From assembly GCA_029781095.1 (NCBI GenBank), contig JAKOXM010000302.1:1-63633 (forward strand): DNA of 63,633 nt, in the 5' to 3' direction. Positions 38,969 to 48,942 of the stretch are shown here, in pieces. Made by a program: the position numbers and the translations under genes. The notes under the pieces are model-generated. The model had not been told where the DNA came from and did not search any database. It worked only from the letters and a program-made list of their open reading frames with translations. The DNA comes from Bacteroidota bacterium (GTDB taxonomy: Bacteria > Bacteroidota > Bacteroidia > Chitinophagales > Saprospiraceae). Each line of letters begins with the position of its first letter. Positions within the stretch are counted from its first letter, which is position 1.

Positions 38969-39630
38969 TATTTCACTTCGATCGTATCCGTTTTTGTATA
39001 ATACTCGATGATGCCGCTGTTAGCCACGCCGTCGGCATCTGTCTTGGTGAGTTTTTTCCGGACGAGGTACAGCGTCCATGTGCCTGCATCGAGTTTGGCG
39101 ATCTGGGCTGCCGGAAATTCGATGATCGGCATGCCGCCCGTGTTGTATATTTCCATCGGAACGGTTTTGCCCAGTGCGGCATTTTCCCAGAGAAAAACGA
39201 TGGTTTCGCCCTTTCCCAGCGGCAGGCCGCTCCAGCGAAAAGACGCGGGCTTTTGCCTTGAAATTGTTTTGCTGCCGAAACCGAAATCGGTTATCGGTGA
39301 CAGGTCCATTTCAAAATCGTGCGATACGCCTTTTTCGTCCTTCCAGGAAAAAATGTGTTTCAACTGCACCCCGCCGCTGCTCTCCGTTTTGTACGAAAAT
39401 CCGGCCGCTTGCCGCAGCGTCATGGGTTTTTTCTGGTAGGTAATGCCGCCGGGCGCCTCTACCGGCTGCGGATTGGCGTCGCCTTCGCGCAGGGTCGCCT
39501 CCGCGCGGATGCGGCCTTCGGATTCGAGAAAGCGAACATAGCAATCGAGCGAATATTTTTTGGGTTTGTCCGCTGTTTTGCAGGAAGAAAATGCCAGTGC
39601 CGTCAGAATGAAAAAAAAGATGTGTTTCAT
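38968..39630 (-). CDS. Hypothetical lipoprotein
   Basis: An ATG at 39630 gives MKHIFFFILTALAFSSC, a lipobox signal. The ORF-track extension to 39714 lacks a signal sequence. Confidence 0.5.
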   Translation of the reverse strand: MKHIFFFILTALAFSSCKTADKPKKYSLDCYVRFLESEGRIRAEATLREGDANPQPVEAPGGITYQKKPMTLRQAAGFSYKTESSGGVQLKHIFSWKDEKGVSHDFEMDLSPITDFGFGSKTISRQKPASFRWSGLPLGKGETIVFLWENAALGKTVPMEIYNTGGMPIIEFPAAQIAKLDAGTWTLYLVRKKLTKTDADGVANSGIIEYYTKTDTIEVK

Positions 39631-39846
39631 GTGTTCGTCTAAATATCTTTGCCGCCGGTCGAGGCGCCGGTAGCGTTGGTGGTAGTCGTGAACCGACGGG
39701 CAAATTTCCGTCAAGTAGCCTGAAATGCCAACTTTAGTGCAATTCTTTCACGAATTCAACCGGCGTGTTCACCCTCCCCTTGCTGCCATTCACACATTCA
39801 ACAAACGCCATTATTATTATGGCGGTTATTTTCGACGGACGTTAGC

Positions 39847-40791
39847 ATGAAAAGAGTGCTAATTACGGATGATTGCCATCCGATTTTGACAGAAGGATTG
39901 ACAAAACTGGGTTTTGTATGCGATTTTTTCCCGGATATTACCCCGGGAGAAACCCGTCGTATCATTCCGGACTATGAAGGTCTGATCATCAACAGCAAAA
40001 TCATCGTCGACCGTGCATTCCTCGATACTGCGAGGTTGCTTCGCTTCGTTGGGCGGCTTGGTTCGGGAATGGAGATCGTTGACCGGGTGTATGCCGCAGC
40101 GCGCGGCGTCGCTGTCGTGAGCAGCCCTGAAGGCAACCGGAATGCCGTAGCCGAACAGGCGCTCGGTATGCTGCTTGCCCTGGCCAACAACCTGCTCCGC
40201 GCCGACCGGGAGGTCCGCCGCGACGAATGGCGCCGGGAAGACCGCCGGGGTTGGGAACTGCGGGGCAAAACGCTCGGGATCATCGGATTTGGCCATACAG
40301 GCAGCCAGTTTGCCCGAAAACTGGCGGGCATGGAAATGACGGTGCTTGCATATGACAAATACAAACCCGGCGGATACGCGGCAGATATGCCGTGGGTGGA
40401 AGAGACGACCGCCGGCGAGATACAGCAGCGAAGCGACATCATCAGTCTGCACCTGCCGCTGACGCCGGAAACAAAACACCTCGTGGACGAAGCGTTCATC
40501 GCGGGTTGCAAACCGGGTTTTGTGCTGATCAATACCGCGCGGGGCAATTGCATCAAAACGGAAGATGTGGTGGCGGCGCTGGAAGACGGCCGGATCGGCG
40601 GCGCCTGCCTCGATGTGTTTGAAAATGAAAAACCGGAAACGTATTCAGGAACGGAGGAGCAACTGTACGAACGGCTCCACCGGATTGAAAACGTAGTACT
40701 TACGCCGCACATTGCCGGCTGGACCCAAGAATCGAAAAGGCTGCTGGCAGAGGTGTTGCTGGACAAAATAAAAACAGTGCTCACGGAGTGA
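39847..40791 (+). CDS. D-isomer-specific 2-hydroxyacid dehydrogenase (phosphoglycerate dehydrogenase-like)
   Basis: NAD site LGIIGFGHTGSQFARKL, LINTARG, and the catalytic region LTPHIAGWT. Confidence 0.85.
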   Translation: MKRVLITDDCHPILTEGLTKLGFVCDFFPDITPGETRRIIPDYEGLIINSKIIVDRAFLDTARLLRFVGRLGSGMEIVDRVYAAARGVAVVSSPEGNRNAVAEQALGMLLALANNLLRADREVRRDEWRREDRRGWELRGKTLGIIGFGHTGSQFARKLAGMEMTVLAYDKYKPGGYAADMPWVEETTAGEIQQRSDIISLHLPLTPETKHLVDEAFIAGCKPGFVLINTARGNCIKTEDVVAALEDGRIGGACLDVFENEKPETYSGTEEQLYERLHRIENVVLTPHIAGWTQESKRLLAEVLLDKIKTVLTE

Positions 40792-40987
40792 TTTGTCAAA
40801 ATGCGAACATTCTTTTGTAATATTTACCGGGCGGCATGGTGGTTTTACTATCATTGCAGCCATTTTCAATTGAGTCCTTGACCAATAAAATAATCGAAAA
40901 CTCGGAGAATTCGGGCGGAGCCAGTGAGAAATGATGAATTCCTCGCCATCTGTTGCGCTCAAATGCACACTTTTTAACTACTGTTCT

Positions 40988-43900
40988 ATGGTACGTTCTT
41001 TACTCTTAACTTTTGCTTTGCTTCTCAGTGCCGGAGCCGTGCTTGCCCAAACCGTGTTGTCGGGCAAGGTGTCGGGCGACGACGGTGAGGCGCTTATTGG
41101 GGCAACCGTCAAAGTGTTGCGCGGCGCCGACTTTGTGCGCGGTACGATTACCGATTACGACGGCAATTACCGGGTAGCCCCGCTGGACCCCGGCACGTAC
41201 GATGTGGAAATTTCATACACGGGTTTTGCTGTACAGCGGATTACCGGTGTGAAAGTGCTCACAAACCAGATCACCTTTCTCGACGCCACGATGTCCAGTA
41301 ATACGGTCATTCAGGGTGTGGAAGTGACGGCGTTCAAGGTGCCCCTGATCGAACAGGATAAAACATCGGGCGGTCAGACGCTCACATCCGACCAGATCAA
41401 AAACCTGCCTACCAGAAGCGTAAACGCCATTGTAGCCACCACTGCCGGCACCACGTCCATTGACGGCGGCGCGGTGAACATCAAAGGCTCGCGCTCCAAC
41501 GCCACCAACTATTATATCGACGGTATTCGCGTGTCGGGCTCTTTGCCGCCGGTACAGGATATCGAGCAGTTGCAGGTGATCACAGGCGGTCTCGGCGCCG
41601 AGTACGGCGACGTTACGGGCGGTGTCATCTCCCTGATCACCAAAGGCCCGGCCGGCGAATACCACGGCGGCATCGAGGTGGAAAACTCCCACGGCCTCGA
41701 CCCCTACGGATGGCTGCTCGCGACGGGCAACCTCAGCGGACCGATCTGGAAAAAGAAATTTGAAGACGGCTCGTCGCGCACGGTCGTCGGTTTCCGTCTG
41801 TCGGGACAGTACTGGACCCAGAAAGACGACAGCCCCTCGGCACTTCCGGTTTACAAGGCAAAACCGGACGTCGAAGCGCGCCTCGTCGAGCACCCGTTGT
41901 CCAAAATCAACGGAAATATCGTATCCACCGCCGAATCGTTTACGAATGACAGCGTGGATGTGCTGAATTACCGCCCGAACGAAAATCGCAAGGATCTGGA
42001 CCTGACGGGAAAACTGGACTTCCGGCTGGCGGATAATGTTGATTTCAGCGTAACCGGTACGTTCAAGGACCAGCAGGACAAATTTACGCCCGGAGGCTGG
42101 CGTTTGCTCAACTCTGATAACAACCCTACGAACTACGGACGCCGGTACCGCGGAATCGCACGCTTCCGCCACCGCCTCGGCAGTTCGGACAACAGTGGTA
42201 GCGACGCCAACCGCGTGAGCATTTCCAATGCAAACTATCAGTTGCAGCTGGGTTTTGAACGCGCCGACAATCATACATATGACCCGCGCCATGAAGACCG
42301 GCTCTTCGAATACGGTTATATCGGACGTTTTAAAGTCGATCTTATGCCGATTGCCGGTCCGGATGATACCGGAAACAAATATATACACCTGGGTAATCTC
42401 GAATCCTTTGCCGGCTTCGAACCTGGTTATGTCAACAGTGCCGGACAATTGGTCAATCCCAACCCGGGATTGAACGCCTACAATGAATTTGCGCTGACCG
42501 ATCTCGGAAACCCCGGCGCGGCATTCAACTCCTACCTCGCGCAGAACGGTCGTTTTTCTACCGTATATGACGATATCTGGAGCGGTATGCACAGCAATAC
42601 CAGTCTGGTCTATAACAGCTATACCAGAAGCCAAAGCGATGTTCTTACCATTACGGCCACCGCGGGCTTCGACCTGAGACTCGGCCGTTCCGGTACGCAC
42701 AGCATCCAGTTCGGTCTGCTTAACGAGCAGCGCACCGACCGCAGTTATGGCGTAGCGCCATTCGGCCTGTGGGCGCTTGCCAACCAGTCTATCAACGAAC
42801 ATTTCAACGGCCTCGATTCCACCAAGGTAATCGGGAAGTTTTTCTGGCCGCAGATTCAGGACTCCGTAGACCGCTACGCATATTCCATTCTGAGTGCTGA
42901 CAAACTGGGCGATGACAAGTTTTACAAGAAAGTCCGGGAAGGACTCAACGTGCCCATCGAGACCTGGCTTAACTCGGACGAACTGACCCCCGAGCAACTG
43001 AGTCTCGGCATGTTCTCCGCACGTGAATTAAATGACCAGGGCTATGTGGGTTACTACGGCTATTCCTACACGGGTGAAAAGCTCGCACAGAACGTCACGT
43101 TCAACGACTTTTTTACCAGCAGGGACGCCGATGGCATCCGTGATTTTCCGGTGGCTCCGCTCCGCCCGCTGTACCAGGCCGCTTTCATCAAGGACAAATT
43201 CACGTTCAACAAGATGATCTTCAGCCTTGGTCTGCGCGTCGAACGTTTTGACCTGAATACCAAGGTGATGCGTGATCCGTACTCTTTATACAAGGTTGCT
43301 ACGGCAAAGGAATACTATGCACAGAATTCCGCCCCGCCCCGCCCCGCCAATGTTGGCGATGACTTTAAAGTGTATATCGAAGGGCAGAACGATCCGTCAC
43401 CAAAGGCCTTCCGCAACGGTGATACCTGGTATTTTGCCGACGGTCGCCAGGCCAATGACGGTAACCTTATTTTCGGCGGCGGTGTCGTGACGCCCCTGCT
43501 CAGCGATACCATCTCGGGCGACAATATCTTCGATACGCGTTTCGATCCCAACACGGCGTTTGAAGACTACACCCCGCAGGTCAACTGGCTGCCCCGTCTG
43601 GCGTTCTCTTTCCCGATCTCGGAAGATGCCAACTTTTTTGCGCACTACGATATCCTCGTGCAGCGCCCGCCGAGCAGCTGGCAGGTGACGCCGCTGGACT
43701 ATATGTACTTCTACACGCCAAACCGCACAACGTCCAACAATGCCAATCTGAAGCCGGAACGCGTGGTGGATTATGAAGTCGGTTTCCAGCAGAGGCTCAA
43801 TCAAAACTCGGCGCTCAAATTTTCGGCCTACTACCGCGAAATGCGCGATATGATCCAGAGTCGCACCATCCTGTACGTGCCGACGATCGGCCAATACGAG

Positions 43901-44626
43901 ACCTCGGGCAACATCGACTACGGCACTGTGAAAGGGTTTACCGTACAGTACGACCTGCGCCGTATTCAGAATGCAGAATTGCGTCTGGCATATACCCTGC
44001 AATTCGCAGACGGTACGGGCTCCAATGCCACTTCGCAGCGCGGCCTCACCTCACGCGGCAATATTCGCGCGCTTTTCCCCCTCGATTTCGACGAGCGGCA
44101 TAACCTGAATGCCATCCTCGACTATCGTTTTGACGAAGGGAAGCGCTACAACGGACCTCGTGTTGCCGGTAAAGACATTTTGTCCAACTTCGGCGTAAAT
44201 ATCCAGGCCTACACAGTTTCCGGACGTCCGTACACGGCCAAGCAACGCTCCATCCGTTTCGGCGGCGAAGGCACCCTCGGTGCCATCAACGGCAACCGGC
44301 TGCCATGGCGTTTCAACATCGACCTTCGTGTGGACAAAACCTTTAACCTGGCATCAGAAGGTAAAAACCCGCTCAACCTCAACGTATACTTCCGCGTGGC
44401 AAACCTGCTCAATCGCAAGAACATCATCGGGGTTTACTCCGCTACGGGTTCTCCGACGGACGACGGTTACCTGGCAACTGCAGAAGGCCAAACGATCGTG
44501 CAAAGTATCGCAGATACGGGTCGCAATTCGGAGGCATTCCTGGATGCATATTCCTGGGTGGTGCGCAACGGCGGCAACTTTACACAACCGCGCCGCCTGT
44601 ATGTAGGCGCTGTATTCGGGTTCTGA
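40988..44626 (+). CDS. TonB-dependent-receptor-like outer-membrane protein with an N-terminal CarboxypepD_reg domain
   Basis: Signal MVRSLLLTFALLLSAGAVLAQ. CarboxypepD_reg region LSGKVSGDDGEALIGATVKV...DYDGNYRV. Plug-like region QIKNLPTRSVNAIVATTAGT...IKGSRSNATNYYIDGIRV. The terminal sequence is VGAVFGF, ending in an aromatic residue. Confidence 0.75.
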   Translation: MVRSLLLTFALLLSAGAVLAQTVLSGKVSGDDGEALIGATVKVLRGADFVRGTITDYDGNYRVAPLDPGTYDVEISYTGFAVQRITGVKVLTNQITFLDATMSSNTVIQGVEVTAFKVPLIEQDKTSGGQTLTSDQIKNLPTRSVNAIVATTAGTTSIDGGAVNIKGSRSNATNYYIDGIRVSGSLPPVQDIEQLQVITGGLGAEYGDVTGGVISLITKGPAGEYHGGIEVENSHGLDPYGWLLATGNLSGPIWKKKFEDGSSRTVVGFRLSGQYWTQKDDSPSALPVYKAKPDVEARLVEHPLSKINGNIVSTAESFTNDSVDVLNYRPNENRKDLDLTGKLDFRLADNVDFSVTGTFKDQQDKFTPGGWRLLNSDNNPTNYGRRYRGIARFRHRLGSSDNSGSDANRVSISNANYQLQLGFERADNHTYDPRHEDRLFEYGYIGRFKVDLMPIAGPDDTGNKYIHLGNLESFAGFEPGYVNSAGQLVNPNPGLNAYNEFALTDLGNPGAAFNSYLAQNGRFSTVYDDIWSGMHSNTSLVYNSYTRSQSDVLTITATAGFDLRLGRSGTHSIQFGLLNEQRTDRSYGVAPFGLWALANQSINEHFNGLDSTKVIGKFFWPQIQDSVDRYAYSILSADKLGDDKFYKKVREGLNVPIETWLNSDELTPEQLSLGMFSARELNDQGYVGYYGYSYTGEKLAQNVTFNDFFTSRDADGIRDFPVAPLRPLYQAAFIKDKFTFNKMIFSLGLRVERFDLNTKVMRDPYSLYKVATAKEYYAQNSAPPRPANVGDDFKVYIEGQNDPSPKAFRNGDTWYFADGRQANDGNLIFGGGVVTPLLSDTISGDNIFDTRFDPNTAFEDYTPQVNWLPRLAFSFPISEDANFFAHYDILVQRPPSSWQVTPLDYMYFYTPNRTTSNNANLKPERVVDYEVGFQQRLNQNSALKFSAYYREMRDMIQSRTILYVPTIGQYETSGNIDYGTVKGFTVQYDLRRIQNAELRLAYTLQFADGTGSNATSQRGLTSRGNIRALFPLDFDERHNLNAILDYRFDEGKRYNGPRVAGKDILSNFGVNIQAYTVSGRPYTAKQRSIRFGGEGTLGAINGNRLPWRFNIDLRVDKTFNLASEGKNPLNLNVYFRVANLLNRKNIIGVYSATGSPTDDGYLATAEGQTIVQSIADTGRNSEAFLDAYSWVVRNGGNFTQPRRLYVGAVFGF

Positions 44627-44730
44627 TATAAACAGAGCATCTTTGCATTCAACCGAGTTAAAGACTGGACGGAAAATTTTGAACCCGGGTCTTTGCTAAA
44701 CAGTTAAAAAAAAATAAAAAAATTAATAAC

Positions 44731-47700
44731 ATGCGTACTTACAGACTTTGGATAGCAGCTTTGCTGGCCAGTATTGCCTGGAGCGGAGCCTTTGCGCACG
44801 CACCGGTCGGTGCGAGTCGGCCGAGCAAAACCAACAAAGTAAAATACCGCGATGTGTGTGCCAACTCCGAGGATCAGATCGATCAGGAGATCAACAACGT
44901 GCGTGCCCGTTTGCTGGGCGGCGGCGACTGCTGGTGGGACTTTAACGACGGTCGTTACATCGTTCCGAAGGTAGATCCGGCCTCCGGTCAGCGCGAGGTT
45001 TCTTCCATTTTCGCCGGCTCGGTATGGCTCGGCGGACTTGACCCTGCCGGCAACCTGAAACTGGCATGCCAGGACTATCGTGCCGGTGGTAAAAACGACT
45101 TCTGGCCCGGCCCGCTCAACGAACTCGGCCTTACCGAGCGCGCTATTTGCGACAACTGGGACCGTCACTTTCGCGTCACCGGCAATGAGGTTCGCCGCCA
45201 CCTGGCAAACCTGTCTGAAGGCCGCCTCGACCCGGCCGATATTCCGCGCGGTGTGAAAGGCTGGCCTGCACGTGGCAATCCTTATTTCGTGGATGTATGG
45301 GGTTTTGACCTCCCTTACACCCAACAGGGACTTGCCGGCTTTTTCGATGCTGACGGCGACGGCGATTATGATCCGCTTAAAGGTGATTATCCTTCTATCG
45401 ATATCCGGGGATGTCCGCTTGACCGGTACCCGGATGAGATGATCTTCTGGATTTACAACGACCAGGGCGGTGGCGCCGAACACGCGCGTACGCAAGGCGA
45501 TGCGATCCAGATGGAAGTTCAGGTGCAGTCATTCGGCTACGTCACCACCGACGAACTGAACGATATGACGTTCCAGCGCTACAAACTGATCAACCGTGCC
45601 ACGGCACGTATCGACTCCACGTTCTTTGCCATGTGGGTCGACCCTGATCTGGGCTGCTATACGGATGACTATATCGGTTGCGATACGACGAAAAACCTGA
45701 TGTACGTGTACAATCAGGATGCTACAGACGGCCAGCCGGGCTGTAACTGCGACCAGGGCGTGGCAACCTATTGCGACAAAATTCCGATTCTTGGCGTCGA
45801 CTATTTCCGCGGACCGCTGGATACTTTCGCCAACGAGATCGGTATGTCCTCGTTCGTTTATTATAACAACCCCGGCGTAGGCAACCCGCTCCCCGGTACC
45901 ACGGACCCGGATTTGCCGGCTGAGTTTTATAATTATCTTACGGGTACGTGGCGCGACGGCTCCCCCTTCCAGTTTGGTGGAAGCGGATATCAAAGCGGTG
46001 GCGCTACTATTAAATACGCCTTCCCCAACCCTCCGGGCGACCAGACCGGTTGGTCGATGTGTACGGCAGGTCTGCCATACAGCGACCGCCGGACCCTTCA
46101 GGCTTCCGGACCCTTCTCGCTGAAACCCGGCGCCGTCAACGAGCTGATCATCGGTGTGCCGTGGGTACCGGATATCACGTATCCATGCCCCGATCTGGAA
46201 GGCTTGTTCCGCGCCGACAAACTGGCCCAGGGCTTGTTTGACAACTGCTTCGAACTGCTCGATGGTCCGGACGCTCCGAATGTGGACTGGATCGAACTGA
46301 ACCAGGAGATCATTGCGGTACTGACTAACGTTGCGCCGTCAAACAACCTTAATGAGCAATACCGGCAGCAGGACTTTCTCGCACCCGATGTTTTGAAACA
46401 AAGCACCGACTCGGCTGTACTGGAAAGCACCTACTACAAGTTCGAGGGATACAAGATTTACCAACTGTCAGACCCGAACGTGTCGAACGCCGAGTTTGAA
46501 ACGAACCCGGACAAGAGCCGGATCGTATACGAGGTGGATCTCAAAAATAAAGTGAGCAAGGTGTATAACTGGATTGAAGCGCTGGATCCGAACTCGGGCA
46601 ACAAGGTCTACTTCCCGGAATTAAAAGTTGAAGGAGAGGACAAAGGTATCCGCCACACTTTCAAAATTTCTGACGACAAGTTTGCCCTCGGTAATGACAG
46701 GCGGCTGATCAACCACAAAAAATATTACTTCGCAGTCATTGCCTATGCCTATAATAACTGGGGTGTTTTCGATCCTCTTGCATCACCGGCTACCGGCCAG
46801 CAGCGCCCCTACCTGCCGGGTCGCAGAGGCTCCGACGGCGGCCAGGTGGAGATCATTACAGTGATCCCGCGTCCTGTCGTCGATCAGTCGCTTCAGTCTG
46901 CTTATGGCGACGGCGTTGTGATAACCCGTTTGGAAGGGGCAGGGGCAGGCGGCCAGTTCCTCGATCTGGATGATGCTACCCGCGACGCGCTTTGGTCCGG
47001 TGCGCTCACCGGCGACACTGTGCTGACGTACAAACTGGGCCACGGCCCGCTGGCTGTTACCATCTTCAATCCTTTCGAGGTAAAAGACGGTGACTACGAG
47101 CTGAGCATTGTCGACAGTGACCTGGGAGACACCAAACTGGATAAAAATGCGCGCTGGCAATTGCGGAAACTGCCCGACGGGCCGGTAATTGCCTCTGACA
47201 GAAGTATCGAAACGGTAAACGAGCAGATATTCGCCGATTACGGGTTCTCCGTTACCGTGGCACAAACCGCCGCCCCGGGCAGTAATAACGACGACCGCAA
47301 CGGCGCTATCGGCGGCGAGGTCAGTTACACGAACCCCGATGAGCAGTGGTTACTGGGGTTCCCGAACCAGGATCTCGGCTTTTTCAACTATGTGAAAACG
47401 AGTTCCATCGCACAGCCCGATTATGATCCCGACGGCGACGGCATACCAATGGATCCGAAGCAGGGCCTGAGTACGATCGGCAACGGCTGGTTCGTACCTT
47501 ATACCCTGTGCGACTGGCGTTTGTCCGCTCTCAGCCCGACCCAAAGGATGATCACGCCGGCCTGGACTGAAAAAGGCGGCTCATCACAAGGGCAGCTGAA
47601 CAACAGCGCCAACGGCAGTGAAACGACGCGACGCGCCAAACTCGCTGCCTTGCCCAACGTGGATATCGTCCTTACCAAGGACAAATCCAAGTGGAGTCGT

Positions 47701-48798
47701 TGCATGGTCGTGGAATCTGCTTCCTACTACTACACCAGTCCGGCGAATGAATATCCGAAAGACCAGTCCCTGAAGACACAAAGTCCGGCCAACAGGACCC
47801 GTCAGATGTTTGACGTCCGCTACCAGTTGTCGGTGGGTAAGGACGGGAAACCGGATGGCGCCGTCAACCCGGCCGGAGCAGGCATACCGAGCGCACAGGT
47901 CGGACAGCCTGTATACGGTATGGGCTGGTTCCCCGGATATGCGCTCGATGTTGAAACCGGTCAGCGTCTCAATATCTTCTTTGGCGAAAACTCCTGCTAC
48001 TCTTCCGATATTGATCCGACCTATACCGGTCGCGACATGTTGTGGAACCCGACGGAGCAGGTAGTCCGCCAGGACAACGGAGGCTTGCCGTTTGACTACT
48101 ACGACCTTGTATTGGGTGGCCAGCACTGGGTATATGTGATGTACACGCCTTACGACTCCTGCGAAGCAGTACGCCGCAAGTTCACACCCGAATTCAACGG
48201 TAACCCGGGCATCGCCAAGATCAGCCAGGTTAAAAACATCGCATGGGCAGGTATGATACAACTGGCTCCCGGAAACAAGATGAAGTCGATCGACGAGGGC
48301 CTTATCCCGAACGATGTTATCGTGAAACTGCGGGTGGAAAGCCCGTACGAAACCTGGTATCAGGATGACAATAGCGGCAAGAAAACCGGTCATCCCAAGT
48401 ACCAGTTCCGGGTGCAGAACCAGCAACCCAACGGACTTGATGGTATCCAGATAGCCAACGCGCTGGACTCCGTCAAAGCGGTGCCCAATCCGTATTACGG
48501 CTTCTCGCAGTATGAAACGTCGCAGTTCACCAACACTGTGAAGATCACAAACCTTCCAGGCAAGTGCACCGTAACGATCTACTCGCTCGATGGCAAATTT
48601 ATTCGCCAGTATCAGCGCGACGAAACGTACGCTCCTTATCAGCAGATCACACCTGCGATTGAGTGGGATATGAAAAACAATAAGGGCATACCCGTTGCCA
48701 GCGGCGTTTACCTCATACAGTTACAAGCGCCGGGAATGGGTGAGCGAACGATCAAATGGTTCGGTATAGGCCGACAGTTTGACCCGTCGGGATTGTAA
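44731..48798 (+). CDS. Large secreted protein with a T9SS-type C-terminal sorting domain, unknown function
   Basis: Signal MRTYRLWIAALLASIAWSGAFA. The last 90 aa or so, VKAVPNPYYG...VKITNLPGKCTVTIYSLDGKFIRQY...GVYLIQLQAPG...IKWFGI, match the type-A CTD pattern (PNP ... v.IydlxGk ... GvYfv). Confidence 0.6.
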   Translation: MRTYRLWIAALLASIAWSGAFAHAPVGASRPSKTNKVKYRDVCANSEDQIDQEINNVRARLLGGGDCWWDFNDGRYIVPKVDPASGQREVSSIFAGSVWLGGLDPAGNLKLACQDYRAGGKNDFWPGPLNELGLTERAICDNWDRHFRVTGNEVRRHLANLSEGRLDPADIPRGVKGWPARGNPYFVDVWGFDLPYTQQGLAGFFDADGDGDYDPLKGDYPSIDIRGCPLDRYPDEMIFWIYNDQGGGAEHARTQGDAIQMEVQVQSFGYVTTDELNDMTFQRYKLINRATARIDSTFFAMWVDPDLGCYTDDYIGCDTTKNLMYVYNQDATDGQPGCNCDQGVATYCDKIPILGVDYFRGPLDTFANEIGMSSFVYYNNPGVGNPLPGTTDPDLPAEFYNYLTGTWRDGSPFQFGGSGYQSGGATIKYAFPNPPGDQTGWSMCTAGLPYSDRRTLQASGPFSLKPGAVNELIIGVPWVPDITYPCPDLEGLFRADKLAQGLFDNCFELLDGPDAPNVDWIELNQEIIAVLTNVAPSNNLNEQYRQQDFLAPDVLKQSTDSAVLESTYYKFEGYKIYQLSDPNVSNAEFETNPDKSRIVYEVDLKNKVSKVYNWIEALDPNSGNKVYFPELKVEGEDKGIRHTFKISDDKFALGNDRRLINHKKYYFAVIAYAYNNWGVFDPLASPATGQQRPYLPGRRGSDGGQVEIITVIPRPVVDQSLQSAYGDGVVITRLEGAGAGGQFLDLDDATRDALWSGALTGDTVLTYKLGHGPLAVTIFNPFEVKDGDYELSIVDSDLGDTKLDKNARWQLRKLPDGPVIASDRSIETVNEQIFADYGFSVTVAQTAAPGSNNDDRNGAIGGEVSYTNPDEQWLLGFPNQDLGFFNYVKTSSIAQPDYDPDGDGIPMDPKQGLSTIGNGWFVPYTLCDWRLSALSPTQRMITPAWTEKGGSSQGQLNNSANGSETTRRAKLAALPNVDIVLTKDKSKWSRCMVVESASYYYTSPANEYPKDQSLKTQSPANRTRQMFDVRYQLSVGKDGKPDGAVNPAGAGIPSAQVGQPVYGMGWFPGYALDVETGQRLNIFFGENSCYSSDIDPTYTGRDMLWNPTEQVVRQDNGGLPFDYYDLVLGGQHWVYVMYTPYDSCEAVRRKFTPEFNGNPGIAKISQVKNIAWAGMIQLAPGNKMKSIDEGLIPNDVIVKLRVESPYETWYQDDNSGKKTGHPKYQFRVQNQQPNGLDGIQIANALDSVKAVPNPYYGFSQYETSQFTNTVKITNLPGKCTVTIYSLDGKFIRQYQRDETYAPYQQITPAIEWDMKNNKGIPVASGVYLIQLQAPGMGERTIKWFGIGRQFDPSGL

Positions 48799-48819
48799 CG
48801 CGGTCTGTCGTTTGTTGAA

Positions 48820-48887
48820 TTGCCCGTCGACCGCCTGACTTTATCAAAAATCGTATTTTCTGGTAAAGTCGGGCGGTTGACGGGCAA
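48820..48887 (+). promoter_or_regulatory. Long intercistronic hairpin between the T9SS cargo gene and the PorV-like gene
   Basis: ttgcccgtcgaccgcctgacttta (48820-48843) pairs with taaagtcgggcggttgacgggcaa (48864-48887), matching 22 of 24 bp. The loop is 20 nt. Confidence 0.5.
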
Positions 48888-48942
48888 ATCTCGACTGCTG
48901 ACAGCCTATGTTCATTGTTAAAACTTTTAATTCGAAAGCAAC

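Noticed and set aside
44731-48798. The possibility that the 1355-aa protein upstream of the PorV-like gene is the T9SS sortase PorU, since porU-porV adjacency is common.
   Set aside because: I could not find gingipain/C25-like peptidase motifs in the sequence. The protein instead looks like a cargo with a type-A CTD. Only a profile search can settle this.
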